In this document: positions 20,280 to 31,167 of the stretch, in pieces
Numbering within the stretch: the stretch's first letter is position 1
Layout: each line of letters starts with the position of its first letter
Source: Tortispora ganteri
Lineage: Eukaryota
Direction of reading: 5' to 3'
NCBI GenBank assembly: GCA_003707115.1
Contig: PPNB01000003.1
Location: forward strand, 434,001-498,000
Length of the DNA: 64,000 nucleotides
The notes under the pieces: generated by a model
What the model was told of the DNA's origin: nothing
The model's input: the letters and a program-made list of their open reading frames with translations, nothing else
Databases searched by the model: none
Position numbers and translations under genes: made by a program

Positions 20280-23200
20280 ATGTCAATAATTGACCAACTT
20301 AATGAATTAAAAGAATTATCACATAATATTAATGATCTTAAAAATACTAAGACATCTATTAAACGACTTACTCCATCGATAGAGGAGTACATGCAAGAAC
20401 TAAATGATGACTATCTCGAGCCCCCAAAAAATCTCGCTAACGAATGGCTTTCAAAGCTTTTGGTATCACCTCTTTCCAACACAGATGACCTTGCCGCACA
20501 ATGCGCGTCAATACCTGAAATAGCACAGGCTTTAGTATGGAAATTTACTCGAAAGGGAATAGAAGGACGCATAATAGGTTACGAGGAGGCAGCGACAGCG
20601 AGAACGCAAACGGGTGTCAATTTGTCCCTCACAAGGCCTATTAATTCTACAGATACTAGAAGTTATGTAAAAGGCAAGGCTGGCGCATTGCCCTTTGCGC
20701 CAGGTGGTTTGAGTACTTCAACTTCAGCTTCTGGTAAAACTGCTATCTTTGATGTTCTGCCTGGTTTCACGAGAGGAATCAAGTTCAACGAAACTGCCCA
20801 CGACGACAACCTGTCTGCAATCGATGAAATTGACCAAACTGGCGGCACATTTGAGTCTCGGGAATCAGAAGAGTATATTTCTCAACGCATATTAACAGAG
20901 ACAGAACCGCATGAGGAATCCGCTAGACCTGTTCTGTCACACACAGACTTCTTTGATCTTTCTGAAATAGAAGAAATTATCAATTCTGCGGATTCTTCAA
21001 CACTCACTATTGGTGGATACTCCAAGTCAGAAACGAACGAGCACAAATGGGCACACGAGGTTGATGTCTCTCATCCCATCATGAATTTTGCAGAACTTGT
21101 TCCTGTTCCTGCTAGACAATGGCCTTTTGAACTTGACACTTTCCAAAAGGAGGCCATCTACCACCTCGAGCAAGGTGACTCTGTTCTAGTAGCTGCACAC
21201 ACATCTGCTGGTAAAACAGTGGTTGCCGAATACGCCATTGCTTTAGCTCAAAGAAATATGACTAAAGCCATATACACTTCTCCTATTAAAGCTCTTTCAA
21301 ACCAGAAGTTTCGCGATTTTACGGAAACATTCAATGGAGACGTTGGTATTTTCACAGGTGATGTTCAAATAAAGCCAGAAGCTAACTGTCTTATAATGAC
21401 TACGGAAATTTTGAGATCAATGCTGTATAGAGGTGCTGATATTGTTCGTGACATTGAGTTTGTCATTTTCGATGAAGTGCACTATGTGAATGACGCTGAA
21501 AGAGGAATGGTCTGGGAAGAGGTAATCATCATGTTGCCAGAACACGTCAAACTAATTCTGTTATCAGCAACTGTACCTAACACTATGGAGTTTGCCAGCT
21601 GGGTTGGTGCAACAAAGAAACGCGATATTTATGTAATTTCTACCGCACATAGACCAGTCCCTCTTGAGATATACCTTTGGGCTCAGAATGATATACATAA
21701 GATTGTCAATGCTAAGAAGAAATTTTTGCAGCAAGGCTATGCGGAGGCAGAAGGAAAGTTAATGAAGTCAAGTGGTAATGCTGCTAGCGCCGGAAGAGGA
21801 GGAGGAGAAGGAGGAGGAGGAAAGGGAAGAGGCGGTGGAAGAGGAGGCAAAAGCAGTCTTAGAAGTTCTGCTCCTGCTGCTCAATTACCTAAGAATAGCT
21901 GGATCGATATTGTACGCTACCTTCAGAAATCGAATCTATTTCCAGCTGTGGTATTTATGTTTTCGCGCAAGAAGTGCGAACAAGTCGCAGGATATTTTCA
22001 TGGGTTCAATTTCTGTACAAAGAACGAACAAGCTACTATAAGGCGTTATATTGACCAGTCATTAGCCCGTCTTAGAGTTGAGGATAGAGATCTTCCACAA
22101 ATCTCGCGTATGACAGACTTGCTTTTGCGGGGGATTGCCGTACATCATAGTGGGTTGCTTCCAATTTTAAAGGAGATAGTAGAAATTTTATTTGCCAAAT
22201 CCTTCTTACGACTCCTTTTTGCAACAGAGACCTTTGCTGTTGGACTTAACTTGCCTGCTCGCACAGTGCTGTTCAGTGAAATATCAAAGTTCAATGGAAA
22301 GGTAAGTCGAAACCTTCTTCCCGGGGAATTTATCCAGATGTCTGGTCGTGCCGGAAGACGTGGCCTGGATGCGTCAGGAACAGTTATTATTTTGAGTTCT
22401 AAAAATAAGCTGCCGTCTTCAGCTACATTGAAAAGCCTTGCACTAGGACCTGTTACTCGGCTACAAAGCCAGTTCCGTCTTACGTATAACATGATGCTAA
22501 ACCTTTTGCGAGTTGAGGCTTTGAAAGTGGAAGATATGCTAAAGAGAAGCTACAGTGAAAATGCATCAATTCAGCAGACCCCAATGCAACTCAAAAGTCT
22601 GAAAAGCAGTGAACAAGCTCTGGAGAAGTTACAGAATGATAAAGCCAAATCGTGGAAGTGGTATAAGTCTATGAAGATGTTTCATGATTCAATAATGGAG
22701 TACGCTAGCGATTATTCTAAATTAATAGCGTTGGCAGTGAGAGATAGTTCATTCGCCAAAGGATTTAATCCGGGTCGAATTATAGTATTTCACACAGACA
22801 AAGGTAGGACTGTTGGAATGATTCAAAGATCTACGTTCCGAAGACTAGTTGATGGGATTGATGTGAAGTTTGTAGTGGCCGCTCGTGAACCCACTAGTAA
22901 TGCAGGAGATATTTTTGCTTTTCATGGATCAAATCGGAGATTCGGACTACACAAATATATTTCATTACCATCAGGAACGATGAAGAAGCAGTTCACTATC
23001 CGTCCATACGACATAGAGTGCGTTACATTCATGAGTGTTGATATCAGTGGGTCAGTTGAAAACGCTGTCAAGGAAGCAGATAAGTTGGTGAACAAGTCAA
23101 GCTATCAATCACCATTTGATGTGAAATGTAAGGCATGGGAGCCGCTTCTGAAGATGCGAACGAAAAACGCTGAAGCAAGAGATTTAATACGCAAATTAGA

Positions 23201-23942
23201 GGCATTATCAAACACTTTATGGAAATATCCGTCTGTTAACGACAAAAATGCTTTAGGGGTATATCAAGTGATACATGAAGAGTACATGGTTCGCCAATCG
23301 ATCGAGGACCTTAAAAGAGCGTTATCTTCTCAAAACCTTGAACTCTTACCCGAATATGAGCAGCGACTCGCGGTATTACGGGAATTGCAATTGATTGATG
23401 AAAACGACAATGTGGAGCTGAAAGGGCGAGTTGCTTGCGAGATCAATACAGGCAATGAGCTGTTACTTACGGAGCTAATCATGGATAATTTCTTTGAGAA
23501 TTTGACGCCACCAGAAGTGGCAGCTTTACTTTCTACATTCGTATGTGAAGTGCGATCAAATTCGGTGGTGGGGAACATATCGCCGGCGATTGATGAAGGG
23601 CGCGCCAAGATCGTGAAAACAGCTGACAAAATCAATGATATACAGGCAAAACACCGCGTTGTTTCTTCTGAGAGTGAGTCAAATTGGCACGAAGATGAAA
23701 GATTCTGCCTGATGGAAGTTGCATATGAATGGGCATCTGGCATGCCATTCATGGAGATCATCAAACTAACAGATATCTTGGAAGGAAACATTGTTCGCGT
23801 CATAAATCGATTGGACGAAGTTTGCCGGGAAGTGAAGACGGCAGCTCGTACGATTGGAAATGCGTCGCTCATGGTTAAGATGCAAGAGACTCAGGATCTT
23901 ATAAAGCGAGACATTGTATTCTGCGCAAGTCTCTATATGTGA
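20280..23942 (+). CDS. SKI2: Ski2 DExH RNA helicase
   Basis: AHTSAGKT, DEVH, RGG insertion, QMSGRAGRRG, C-terminal IKRDIVFCASLY and Ski2 N-terminal PFAPGG. Start chosen at ATG 20280; an in-frame ATG at 20199 overlaps the CSM3 stop. Confidence 0.95.
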   Translation: MSIIDQLNELKELSHNINDLKNTKTSIKRLTPSIEEYMQELNDDYLEPPKNLANEWLSKLLVSPLSNTDDLAAQCASIPEIAQALVWKFTRKGIEGRIIGYEEAATARTQTGVNLSLTRPINSTDTRSYVKGKAGALPFAPGGLSTSTSASGKTAIFDVLPGFTRGIKFNETAHDDNLSAIDEIDQTGGTFESRESEEYISQRILTETEPHEESARPVLSHTDFFDLSEIEEIINSADSSTLTIGGYSKSETNEHKWAHEVDVSHPIMNFAELVPVPARQWPFELDTFQKEAIYHLEQGDSVLVAAHTSAGKTVVAEYAIALAQRNMTKAIYTSPIKALSNQKFRDFTETFNGDVGIFTGDVQIKPEANCLIMTTEILRSMLYRGADIVRDIEFVIFDEVHYVNDAERGMVWEEVIIMLPEHVKLILLSATVPNTMEFASWVGATKKRDIYVISTAHRPVPLEIYLWAQNDIHKIVNAKKKFLQQGYAEAEGKLMKSSGNAASAGRGGGEGGGGKGRGGGRGGKSSLRSSAPAAQLPKNSWIDIVRYLQKSNLFPAVVFMFSRKKCEQVAGYFHGFNFCTKNEQATIRRYIDQSLARLRVEDRDLPQISRMTDLLLRGIAVHHSGLLPILKEIVEILFAKSFLRLLFATETFAVGLNLPARTVLFSEISKFNGKVSRNLLPGEFIQMSGRAGRRGLDASGTVIILSSKNKLPSSATLKSLALGPVTRLQSQFRLTYNMMLNLLRVEALKVEDMLKRSYSENASIQQTPMQLKSLKSSEQALEKLQNDKAKSWKWYKSMKMFHDSIMEYASDYSKLIALAVRDSSFAKGFNPGRIIVFHTDKGRTVGMIQRSTFRRLVDGIDVKFVVAAREPTSNAGDIFAFHGSNRRFGLHKYISLPSGTMKKQFTIRPYDIECVTFMSVDISGSVENAVKEADKLVNKSSYQSPFDVKCKAWEPLLKMRTKNAEARDLIRKLEALSNTLWKYPSVNDKNALGVYQVIHEEYMVRQSIEDLKRALSSQNLELLPEYEQRLAVLRELQLIDENDNVELKGRVACEINTGNELLLTELIMDNFFENLTPPEVAALLSTFVCEVRSNSVVGNISPAIDEGRAKIVKTADKINDIQAKHRVVSSESESNWHEDERFCLMEVAYEWASGMPFMEIIKLTDILEGNIVRVINRLDEVCREVKTAARTIGNASLMVKMQETQDLIKRDIVFCASLYM

Positions 23943-24221
23943 GTAAGACAAATTATCTTTTGCATTACATATTAAGTTGTGTATGAGATGTATGTAGCTT
24001 ATTTGTCATGGAGAGGTGGTGGTTGGTTGGGTCCTTGAAATAAAGGGTAGAAAAAGGAGAAAAAGACTATTTGTCTACGAAAGTGTTTTTCTCTCTCTCT
24101 TTATAACCGATTAGAAACTACCTTTGTTTGACTATTTATTCGCCGATTGATCTACTATTTCTTGTCTAGGAAAGGAATATTCTACAGTCCCAGGTAGAGG
24201 ACGATTGATAAAGAAATACTA

Positions 24222-27200
24222 ATGGATATCAATGCCCTACATTCTTGCTTTGCTGCGACTCTCAGTCCAGACCCAAACATTCGCAAGAAAGCCGAAGACG
24301 ATTTGCGAGAAGCTGAACGGGCTCCTGGCTTGCTGAATGCTTGCATGAACATTGTTTTTGAGCAGCAGGCTAGCAGTGTGCACAAAGCTGCTGCTATATA
24401 CATGAAGAATGTCCTTCATAAGGCATTGACTGACGAATATGTCGAAAAAGCTTCCGGTACTCGTATATTAACGGAAGAGAAAGAGTTATTTAAGAAACAG
24501 ATCATCGAAGCTCTCATAAAAGTCACGGATCCACAAATACATAGGCAGATAGTTCGAATGCTCAATATCCTTATCACTTTTGAGTATCCTTCCTTGTGGC
24601 CAGAACTACCTGAAATCGTTATATCCCTTATTCACTCTCAGAATATCGACCATATTCGCGCGGGTGCTGCCTGTTTGGCTGAGTTTGGCCGCGCTTACAC
24701 CTGGCGGTCTGGAAACCAACGCCGAAGCGCTGAAATAGTGATAACGGGCTGTTTTGATAATGCACTTACCATCTGCAATCTCATTCTGGACCAAAATCAG
24801 ATTGAGCATTGGAATATAATACGTGATATTCTTAAAGCCTACAAGTTTATTGTCATTTATGAATTACCAGAACTACTTCAGAAAGACGAGTCAATGATTC
24901 CATGGGTTACATTGTTTCTCAAGATCACTGCATACCCGATCCCTCAGGAGCTAATGGCTTTATCCGAGGACAATCGAGTAGGTACAGAACTAGCAAAATG
25001 TAAGAAGCGTACCGCGTTCATATTGTGTCGCATTTTTGAGAGATATGGTGCGCCTAGCCTTTTATCTCAATACCAGAGTGATTACAAAAGTTTTGCTAAA
25101 CATTTCTTGGCCGGGTTTGCTCCCCAAATTATTGAGACATATCTTAGAGAAATCGAAGGATGGGTCAACAAATCAGTCTGGATTCCTCCTAAGTGTATGT
25201 ATTATATTGTACGATTTTTGGAGGTTGCGGCATGCGAATCATCATCTTGGAAGCTACTACAACCACATTACGAAGGTATTCTTGAACGCGTTATTTATCC
25301 CCTGCTATGCCCAGATGACGACGACGTTGAGATGTTTGAGACTAATCCAGAAGAATATATCAACAGACGTGTTGAAATATTTGAAGATTCGCCTACATTA
25401 GACATTGCGGCTTCAAGGTTCTTGAAAACGGCGTTTTCCAAGCGTCGTAAGTCAACATTCCAACCTACCGTTCAGTTCATTGATATGACCATAACCAAAA
25501 CCGATTCAATGGAGAAGAGCGATGAAAAGTTCCGCCGTAAGGATGGTGCTTTGCGAATGATCTCTGCCATATCTGCTGAAATCTTGAAAAAAGGGAACCC
25601 TCTACTCCCAGGCATGGAGAATTTCTTGGTATCTCACGTTTTCGACGAATTCCAATCGGAATTTGGAATACTTCGAGCTCGAGCTTGTGAACTGGTTCGC
25701 ATTTTTTGCCGCATCGAGTTCCGCGATATGAATAATCTTATTGGGGCTTACAATAATGTGCTCCACTGTCTTTTTGATCCTGAAGTCGTAGTTCAAATAG
25801 ATGCCTGCAATGCGCTTGAAAGATTGATGAACTACCCTGAAATAATTGAGGCATTGAAACCGAAAGTTCCTGAAGTGATGCAACAGATTCTGAAAGTATC
25901 TCATGAACTAGAGATGGACTCGCTTGGATTAACTATGGACAAATTCGTTGAAACATTTGCAGCAGATCTAGCACCTTTTGCCAACAGCCTCACGTCTCAG
26001 TTAGTTGACCAATATCTTGAACTAATCGAAGCCGTGTCGACCAACGTTAATGCGGAGCCTGGAGTTCTGAATGATACGGACGGCGATGACTACTTTGACC
26101 ATGATAAATTAGGCGCAGCTATAAGCCTTCTGAATACGACTTCCACATTTTTCCTGTCTTTGGAGAATACTCCCGACTTAGTTGCTTCTCTTCTTGGAAT
26201 TGTTTACCCAGCGATTTCGAGATCTTTTGAGCTTTGTCTGATTGAAATCTATACTGAAGTTATTGACTTGATGACATATGCAATATACAGCATAAAGATG
26301 ATTCCACCTTTAATGTGGAATCTATTTGATCAATGTCTCGCTGCACTAATGGACGATGGTGGAATAGACTTCTATGCTGAGTTTTGCAACCTCTTTATAC
26401 TTTACTTAATGCACGGCAGTGATGACATCAAGTCTAACCCGGAATTGCTGGACAAGTTTATTGGAATAGTGAATTTTGGATTTCAAGACGAAATTCAGAA
26501 CGAAGTGGTTTTAGAAGACAAGATTATGGGGCTTGTTGTTGCGCAGACTATGTTGCTATTGATACCTTCTTCCTTGTTGGAAAGATACATTCCTGATTTA
26601 ATTCAAAAGACTATGGTTTTATTGGAAAAAGATGAAGCAAAGCAAAATAAAGCACAAAGACAAAGTATTCCTATTATTGAAGTCATTCTAGCATGTCTTT
26701 GCTGTGATATGGAATTGACCTTGCAAGTTCTTGATTCTAAGCCGGACCAGCTAAGTTTCTGTTTACAGTTGATTATTCAGCATCGTCCGCAATTTACTCG
26801 AGTCTATGATAAAAAGCTTTATTGCACAGCGCTGCTGAATGTCCTTTCAAATTCGAAGGAGCTGCCTCCGATTTTTTCTGGACATATGAATGCTATGCTA
26901 TTTCAACAAGGCATATTGAAGTGCTTGGAGTCTTTACCAGAAGCTGAAGCCAATCTAAAGAAGATGCGAGATGAGATGCTAACTTCTGATTATTATGTTA
27001 CGAATGAAGACGACCTGGCAGAAGACATATGGGACGACGTGGATGATGAAGATGAAGAAGGGGTTAGGATAGAGGAAGTACTGAATCCGTCTGGTGAAGA
27101 AGGCGTCGAGACCCAATTTTCTACAGTGTCAGATGATTACATGAATTTTTTGAGTTCGGAAGTGAATCGTATCACAAGAGAGTCGGTTGATCCACTGGTC

Positions 27201-27422
27201 GATATATTAGACGATGACGACGATGATGCTATTCTTCAAGACAATCCACATGACGAAACGCCACTGGACAACCAGAACACATATGCGTTATTTACAAATG
27301 CTATGGCCGCTATACAGTCACGATTTCCTGAGCGATATTCTGAGATATTATGGAACCTGTCTACTGAACAAGGGGAGGTGATCAAGGGACTTGTTGCAAG
27401 GGCCAATGCCAGCCCTGTCTAG
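24222..27422 (+). CDS. NMD5: Importin-7/8 family karyopherin (Nmd5/Sxm1-like)
   Basis: Importin-beta N-terminal domain (ATLSPDPNIRKKAE), KCKK...RIFERYG, FETNPEEYI, LRARAC and an acidic C-terminal loop. Confidence 0.85.
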   Translation: MDINALHSCFAATLSPDPNIRKKAEDDLREAERAPGLLNACMNIVFEQQASSVHKAAAIYMKNVLHKALTDEYVEKASGTRILTEEKELFKKQIIEALIKVTDPQIHRQIVRMLNILITFEYPSLWPELPEIVISLIHSQNIDHIRAGAACLAEFGRAYTWRSGNQRRSAEIVITGCFDNALTICNLILDQNQIEHWNIIRDILKAYKFIVIYELPELLQKDESMIPWVTLFLKITAYPIPQELMALSEDNRVGTELAKCKKRTAFILCRIFERYGAPSLLSQYQSDYKSFAKHFLAGFAPQIIETYLREIEGWVNKSVWIPPKCMYYIVRFLEVAACESSSWKLLQPHYEGILERVIYPLLCPDDDDVEMFETNPEEYINRRVEIFEDSPTLDIAASRFLKTAFSKRRKSTFQPTVQFIDMTITKTDSMEKSDEKFRRKDGALRMISAISAEILKKGNPLLPGMENFLVSHVFDEFQSEFGILRARACELVRIFCRIEFRDMNNLIGAYNNVLHCLFDPEVVVQIDACNALERLMNYPEIIEALKPKVPEVMQQILKVSHELEMDSLGLTMDKFVETFAADLAPFANSLTSQLVDQYLELIEAVSTNVNAEPGVLNDTDGDDYFDHDKLGAAISLLNTTSTFFLSLENTPDLVASLLGIVYPAISRSFELCLIEIYTEVIDLMTYAIYSIKMIPPLMWNLFDQCLAALMDDGGIDFYAEFCNLFILYLMHGSDDIKSNPELLDKFIGIVNFGFQDEIQNEVVLEDKIMGLVVAQTMLLLIPSSLLERYIPDLIQKTMVLLEKDEAKQNKAQRQSIPIIEVILACLCCDMELTLQVLDSKPDQLSFCLQLIIQHRPQFTRVYDKKLYCTALLNVLSNSKELPPIFSGHMNAMLFQQGILKCLESLPEAEANLKKMRDEMLTSDYYVTNEDDLAEDIWDDVDDEDEEGVRIEEVLNPSGEEGVETQFSTVSDDYMNFLSSEVNRITRESVDPLVDILDDDDDDAILQDNPHDETPLDNQNTYALFTNAMAAIQSRFPERYSEILWNLSTEQGEVIKGLVARANASPV

Positions 27423-27552
27423 TTACGAAAGTTATAGACGAATAAATCAAGAACTATTATAATGCTATAATTATAATACAGGATGAGAAAAAATGGAAGG
27501 CAAGCAGTAATGTGATGTAAATGTGAGATTCTTGTGAAAGGAGATAAGACCT

Positions 27553-27999
27553 TCAAGTGGAAGGAGCAGGGGGTTGTTGTTGTGAAGGATCGTGAGAAAC
27601 GTTATTCAGTTTTGAGCGAGCCAAGCCAAATAATTCTTCTTGTTTTCTTAATAATTCTTCTTCAGTTAAACCAGATTCTTGGAATTTAGTATTTTTTCGT
27701 TCTCGTATTTTGACTATTTCCTTGTGTTCTTCTATCACTTCGTCCATAGAATCCACGTAATCAGCGAAACCGAGTTCTTTTAAGGCTTTCATGACATGTT
27801 CCCCGCCAATAGTTTTCTTCGATTCACTCTCCGCAATGTCATTAGCCTGAGTTGTGAGAAGACCAATGAATTCAATGCAACATTCAATCACTGCATCTCT
27901 GGACTCTTTTGAAAAAGATACGAACGATGGTATAACTTCCGAAATCACTTTCTGCACTGTCGCCTTAGGCAATGACAGATCGTCTGAATCTCTTTCCAT
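27553..27999 (-). CDS. NCB2: Negative cofactor 2 beta subunit (Dr1)
   Basis: DDLSLPKATVQKVI...CCIEFI...ESKKTI histone fold and EELLRKQEELF. ATG at 27999. Confidence 0.95.
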   Translation of the reverse strand: MERDSDDLSLPKATVQKVISEVIPSFVSFSKESRDAVIECCIEFIGLLTTQANDIAESESKKTIGGEHVMKALKELGFADYVDSMDEVIEEHKEIVKIRERKNTKFQESGLTEEELLRKQEELFGLARSKLNNVSHDPSQQQPPAPST

Positions 28000-28243
28000 A
28001 ATCAATTTAATAGATAAGGAAAGCTTCAGTGTACAGTTATTTCCCCGCTGTCGCACAATTTGTTGGTAACGCCGCTGACTTTTATCTAAACTATTGTTTT
28101 CGCGTTTGGCAAGAGCGTGCGTTTATTGCTTTGTCTATATATATATGTAGGTTTTTGCTCTTGAACTCTTACCCACCCCCCCCTTGACAGCTACTCCCAC
28201 TAGAAATCTCGAGCCGACTTTAAACTCTATCAATATACGCCAA

Positions 28244-29446
28244 ATGACATATTTAGTGCTTGATAATGGCGCCTATAATATAAAATCATCGTATTCTTTC
28301 AGTTCAGATATAATAAAAACACCTAATTGCATATACAGAGCAAGAGATAAGAGCATATATGTTGGATCCAACTTTGCGAAATGCAGAGACACCGCTTCCC
28401 TTCTGGTCCGTCGACCTTTTGAACGTGGCCATCTTACGTCCTGGTCGATGGAGACAGGAATATGGGATACTATACCAGGATTTACTAAAATTGCACAAGA
28501 TCAATCATTAGTATTGACTGAAATGCCGCTCTCTCTTCGCAACCTCAGTGCCCAAACAGACGAGATTGTCTTTGAGGAATTTGAATTTAATTCTCTCGCC
28601 AAATATCCCTCAGCATTCTATTCTGCATGGGGTGGACCTCAATGTCAACTCATAATAGATTGTGGGTTTTCGTCTACAAATATACTACCAGTTTACAATA
28701 ATATGGTTATGCTTGATGCCGTGCGGCGTATTGATATTGGCGGCAAGCTACTCACAAACTGGCTTAAAGAGACTATATCGTTACGGCATTATAACGTTAT
28801 GGATGAAACCTTCCTTGTCAATGAGATCAAGGAAGCTGTATGTTTTGTCGCCAAAGACTACAAAGAAGAATTTTCTCGCCAGAAACCATGCAAATACCTG
28901 CTACCCGATTACATGGATACTTTCGAAGGCCAACTGCTTGATTCATCTGAACCGACAGACTCACACGACCAGGTTCTATCACTATCATCAGAGCGATTCC
29001 AGGTACCAGAGCTCCTTTTCAATCCACACGATATAGGTTTACAGCAAGCGGGACTTCCTGAAGCCGCATGGCAAACCCTACAAGCGGTCACCGACGTAAT
29101 TCAGACAGGCTCAACCTCTATAGATCCAGAGGACACTATTGCTGTTCTGTCTCTGATGACAAGAAATATAAAACTTGTTGGAGGATGCGCCAAATTTCCA
29201 GGACTCAAAGAGCGGCTGACAAGTGAACTGAGACCGTTTATACCTTCTGAGCTCGATTTAAATATCACATTAGCTGAAGCTCCAGTTGAAGATGCCTGCA
29301 AAGGAGGCGTGGAATTTGCTAAGCAATGCGAATTAAACAGTTCACAGTTTAAGAAATACTTTGTCACCAGGAAAGAATACCTTGAAGGCGGCGAAAACTA
29401 TTGCACAGCTAAATTCTACAAACCTATGACTACTGACATCAGTTAG
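28244..29446 (+). CDS. ARP6: Actin-related protein 6 (SWR1 complex)
   Basis: LVLDNGAYNIK, RRPFERG, RRIDIGGKLLTNWLKETIS.RHYNVMDET and ERFQVPELLFNP. ATG at 28244. Confidence 0.93.
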   Translation: MTYLVLDNGAYNIKSSYSFSSDIIKTPNCIYRARDKSIYVGSNFAKCRDTASLLVRRPFERGHLTSWSMETGIWDTIPGFTKIAQDQSLVLTEMPLSLRNLSAQTDEIVFEEFEFNSLAKYPSAFYSAWGGPQCQLIIDCGFSSTNILPVYNNMVMLDAVRRIDIGGKLLTNWLKETISLRHYNVMDETFLVNEIKEAVCFVAKDYKEEFSRQKPCKYLLPDYMDTFEGQLLDSSEPTDSHDQVLSLSSERFQVPELLFNPHDIGLQQAGLPEAAWQTLQAVTDVIQTGSTSIDPEDTIAVLSLMTRNIKLVGGCAKFPGLKERLTSELRPFIPSELDLNITLAEAPVEDACKGGVEFAKQCELNSSQFKKYFVTRKEYLEGGENYCTAKFYKPMTTDIS

Positions 29447-29608
29447 GATAATGACTTCATGAAGCGATAACAATGATACATATAGGCTTACGAGGGTTTA
29501 TTGGCTATGTATTGACAAATACATCTGAGTAGTAAAGTCATGCCATATATCGACAAGAGAAAAGCCGCATTTAATATATACTATGTTAACTAATCTAGCA
29601 GCGTTCGT

Positions 29609-30850
29609 TTATTCCGCCACAACTAAGGAAGCAGCACCCATACCAGTACCAATACACATAGAAGTAACACCGATCTTCTTTCCAGTACGATGAAGTTCAG
29701 GGAATAAGGTAGCAAATTGTCTTGTGCCGGTGCATCCAAGAGGATGGCCGAAAGCTATAGCACCACCCTTAGGGTTGACACGTGATTCATCAATGCCAAC
29801 ATGGCGAACAGAATAAAGAGCTTGAGAAGCGAAAGCTTCATTAATTTCGTAAATGTCAACATCGTTAGGTTGCAAGTCGTGCTTTTTGAGAAGTACAGGG
29901 ATGGCGGCAGCAGGACCAATTCCCATAATTTCAGGAGGAACACCAACAGAGAGTCCATCAATGAACTTTCCAATGATAGGGAGGCCAAGTTTCTTAGCGA
30001 TGGAACGGCGGACCATCAAAGCGACAGCAGCACCGTCAGATACTTGGGAGGCATTTCCGGCATGGGTACTACCATCCTTTTTGAAGGCAGGACGAATCTT
30101 TGAGAGACTTTCAGCCGTGACACCTGGGCGAATTCCTTCGTCTTGAGTAACAGTAACCTTCTGGGCCTTTCCTTCTTTGTCTATGACTTCAGCAGTGATG
30201 GGGATGATTTCGTCTTTAAACAGACCGGCCTTTTGGGCTTTCTCAGCCTTTTGGTAAGACGAGGCAGCGAAAGCATCCTGGTCAGCACGGCTGATGTGGT
30301 ATTTGGCTGCAACGTTCTCGGAGGTAATTCCCATAGGAATAGTGCATTTCTGCGCTTCAGGGTTAGAAAACAGCTCCTTGGAGAAGGGAGTTGTGGGCTT
30401 GCCCCAACTCTTGGACATTGACTCGGCACCTGCGGCAATACCGACATCGATTTGACCAGTTTGAATCTCACGCGCAATCTGGATAACAGACATGAGACCA
30501 GAAGAGCACTGTCGATTAACAGACATAACAGGGACAGTGTAGGGAATTCCGGCAGCTAATGCGGCTGCTCTGAACTCTGTAGCGCCGGACCCGACGTTAG
30601 ATACATTTCCGACGACGATGTCTCCGATAAGGCTCGGGTCAATTTTGGTTTTCTCGATAAGAGCTTTAAACAGTTGCTGAAGAAGATCGGCAGCATCGGT
30701 GTCCTTGAAAGCACCTTTTCTTCCTTTGGTGAAGGCACTGCGATATGCAGCGACGAAAACTACATCATCCGGGGATTTCTCAAAGAGGCGTTCCGTGGCA
30801 GAAGTCGGGTTGGCTTGTAATTGATTTGAAATGCTTTGAAGTCTGTCCAT
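29609..30850 (-). CDS. POT1: Peroxisomal 3-ketoacyl-CoA thiolase
   Basis: N-terminal PTS2 [25 protein letters not shown] and [11 protein letters not shown] at 30850. Confidence 0.96.
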   Translation of the reverse strand: MDRLQSISNQLQANPTSATERLFEKSPDDVVFVAAYRSAFTKGRKGAFKDTDAADLLQQLFKALIEKTKIDPSLIGDIVVGNVSNVGSGATEFRAAALAAGIPYTVPVMSVNRQCSSGLMSVIQIAREIQTGQIDVGIAAGAESMSKSWGKPTTPFSKELFSNPEAQKCTIPMGITSENVAAKYHISRADQDAFAASSYQKAEKAQKAGLFKDEIIPITAEVIDKEGKAQKVTVTQDEGIRPGVTAESLSKIRPAFKKDGSTHAGNASQVSDGAAVALMVRRSIAKKLGLPIIGKFIDGLSVGVPPEIMGIGPAAAIPVLLKKHDLQPNDVDIYEINEAFASQALYSVRHVGIDESRVNPKGGAIAFGHPLGCTGTRQFATLFPELHRTGKKIGVTSMCIGTGMGAASLVVAE

Positions 30851-30949
30851 TCTTTTATTTTTAGCTACTTCGGTGGGTCCTAAATATAAATAGTACACGC
30901 TTAATCAATGTCAAGAGAGAAAAGAAATCCAACCTAAAGGAGCAAGTAC

Positions 30950-31055
30950 TATTTATACTTCGTTCGGTTATCCCCCCGCAAATTGCGGGGGGCAACTGTG
31001 ACCCGAGATCATATGCAAATTACTATGCTTCTGCTAAATTATTCCGATGCCTCGG
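30950..31055 (-). promoter_or_regulatory. POT1 promoter: TATA box, 21-bp GC palindrome and CCTCGG motif
   Basis: TATAAATA on the minus strand at 30950-30957, CCCCCCGCAA-A-TTGCGGGGGG at 30972-30992, CCTCGG at 31050-31055. Confidence 0.65.
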
Positions 31056-31167
31056 CAAAATTCAAACTTTCTTTTGTAAAAAAGATAAGGTTACGGAGTT
31101 ATATGATGTTCGCATGATATATTCATAATTTATTGTTTGATTTCCTTATAAGTCAATAGTCATTATT

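Noticed and set aside
21790..21850. GGA-rich repeat
   Set aside because: It encodes the RGG/glycine insertion commonly found in Ski2.
23330..23872. Long antisense ORFs nested in SKI2, CYR1, MED17, POT1 and others
   Set aside because: They are shadows of conserved coding strands with no independent protein motifs.
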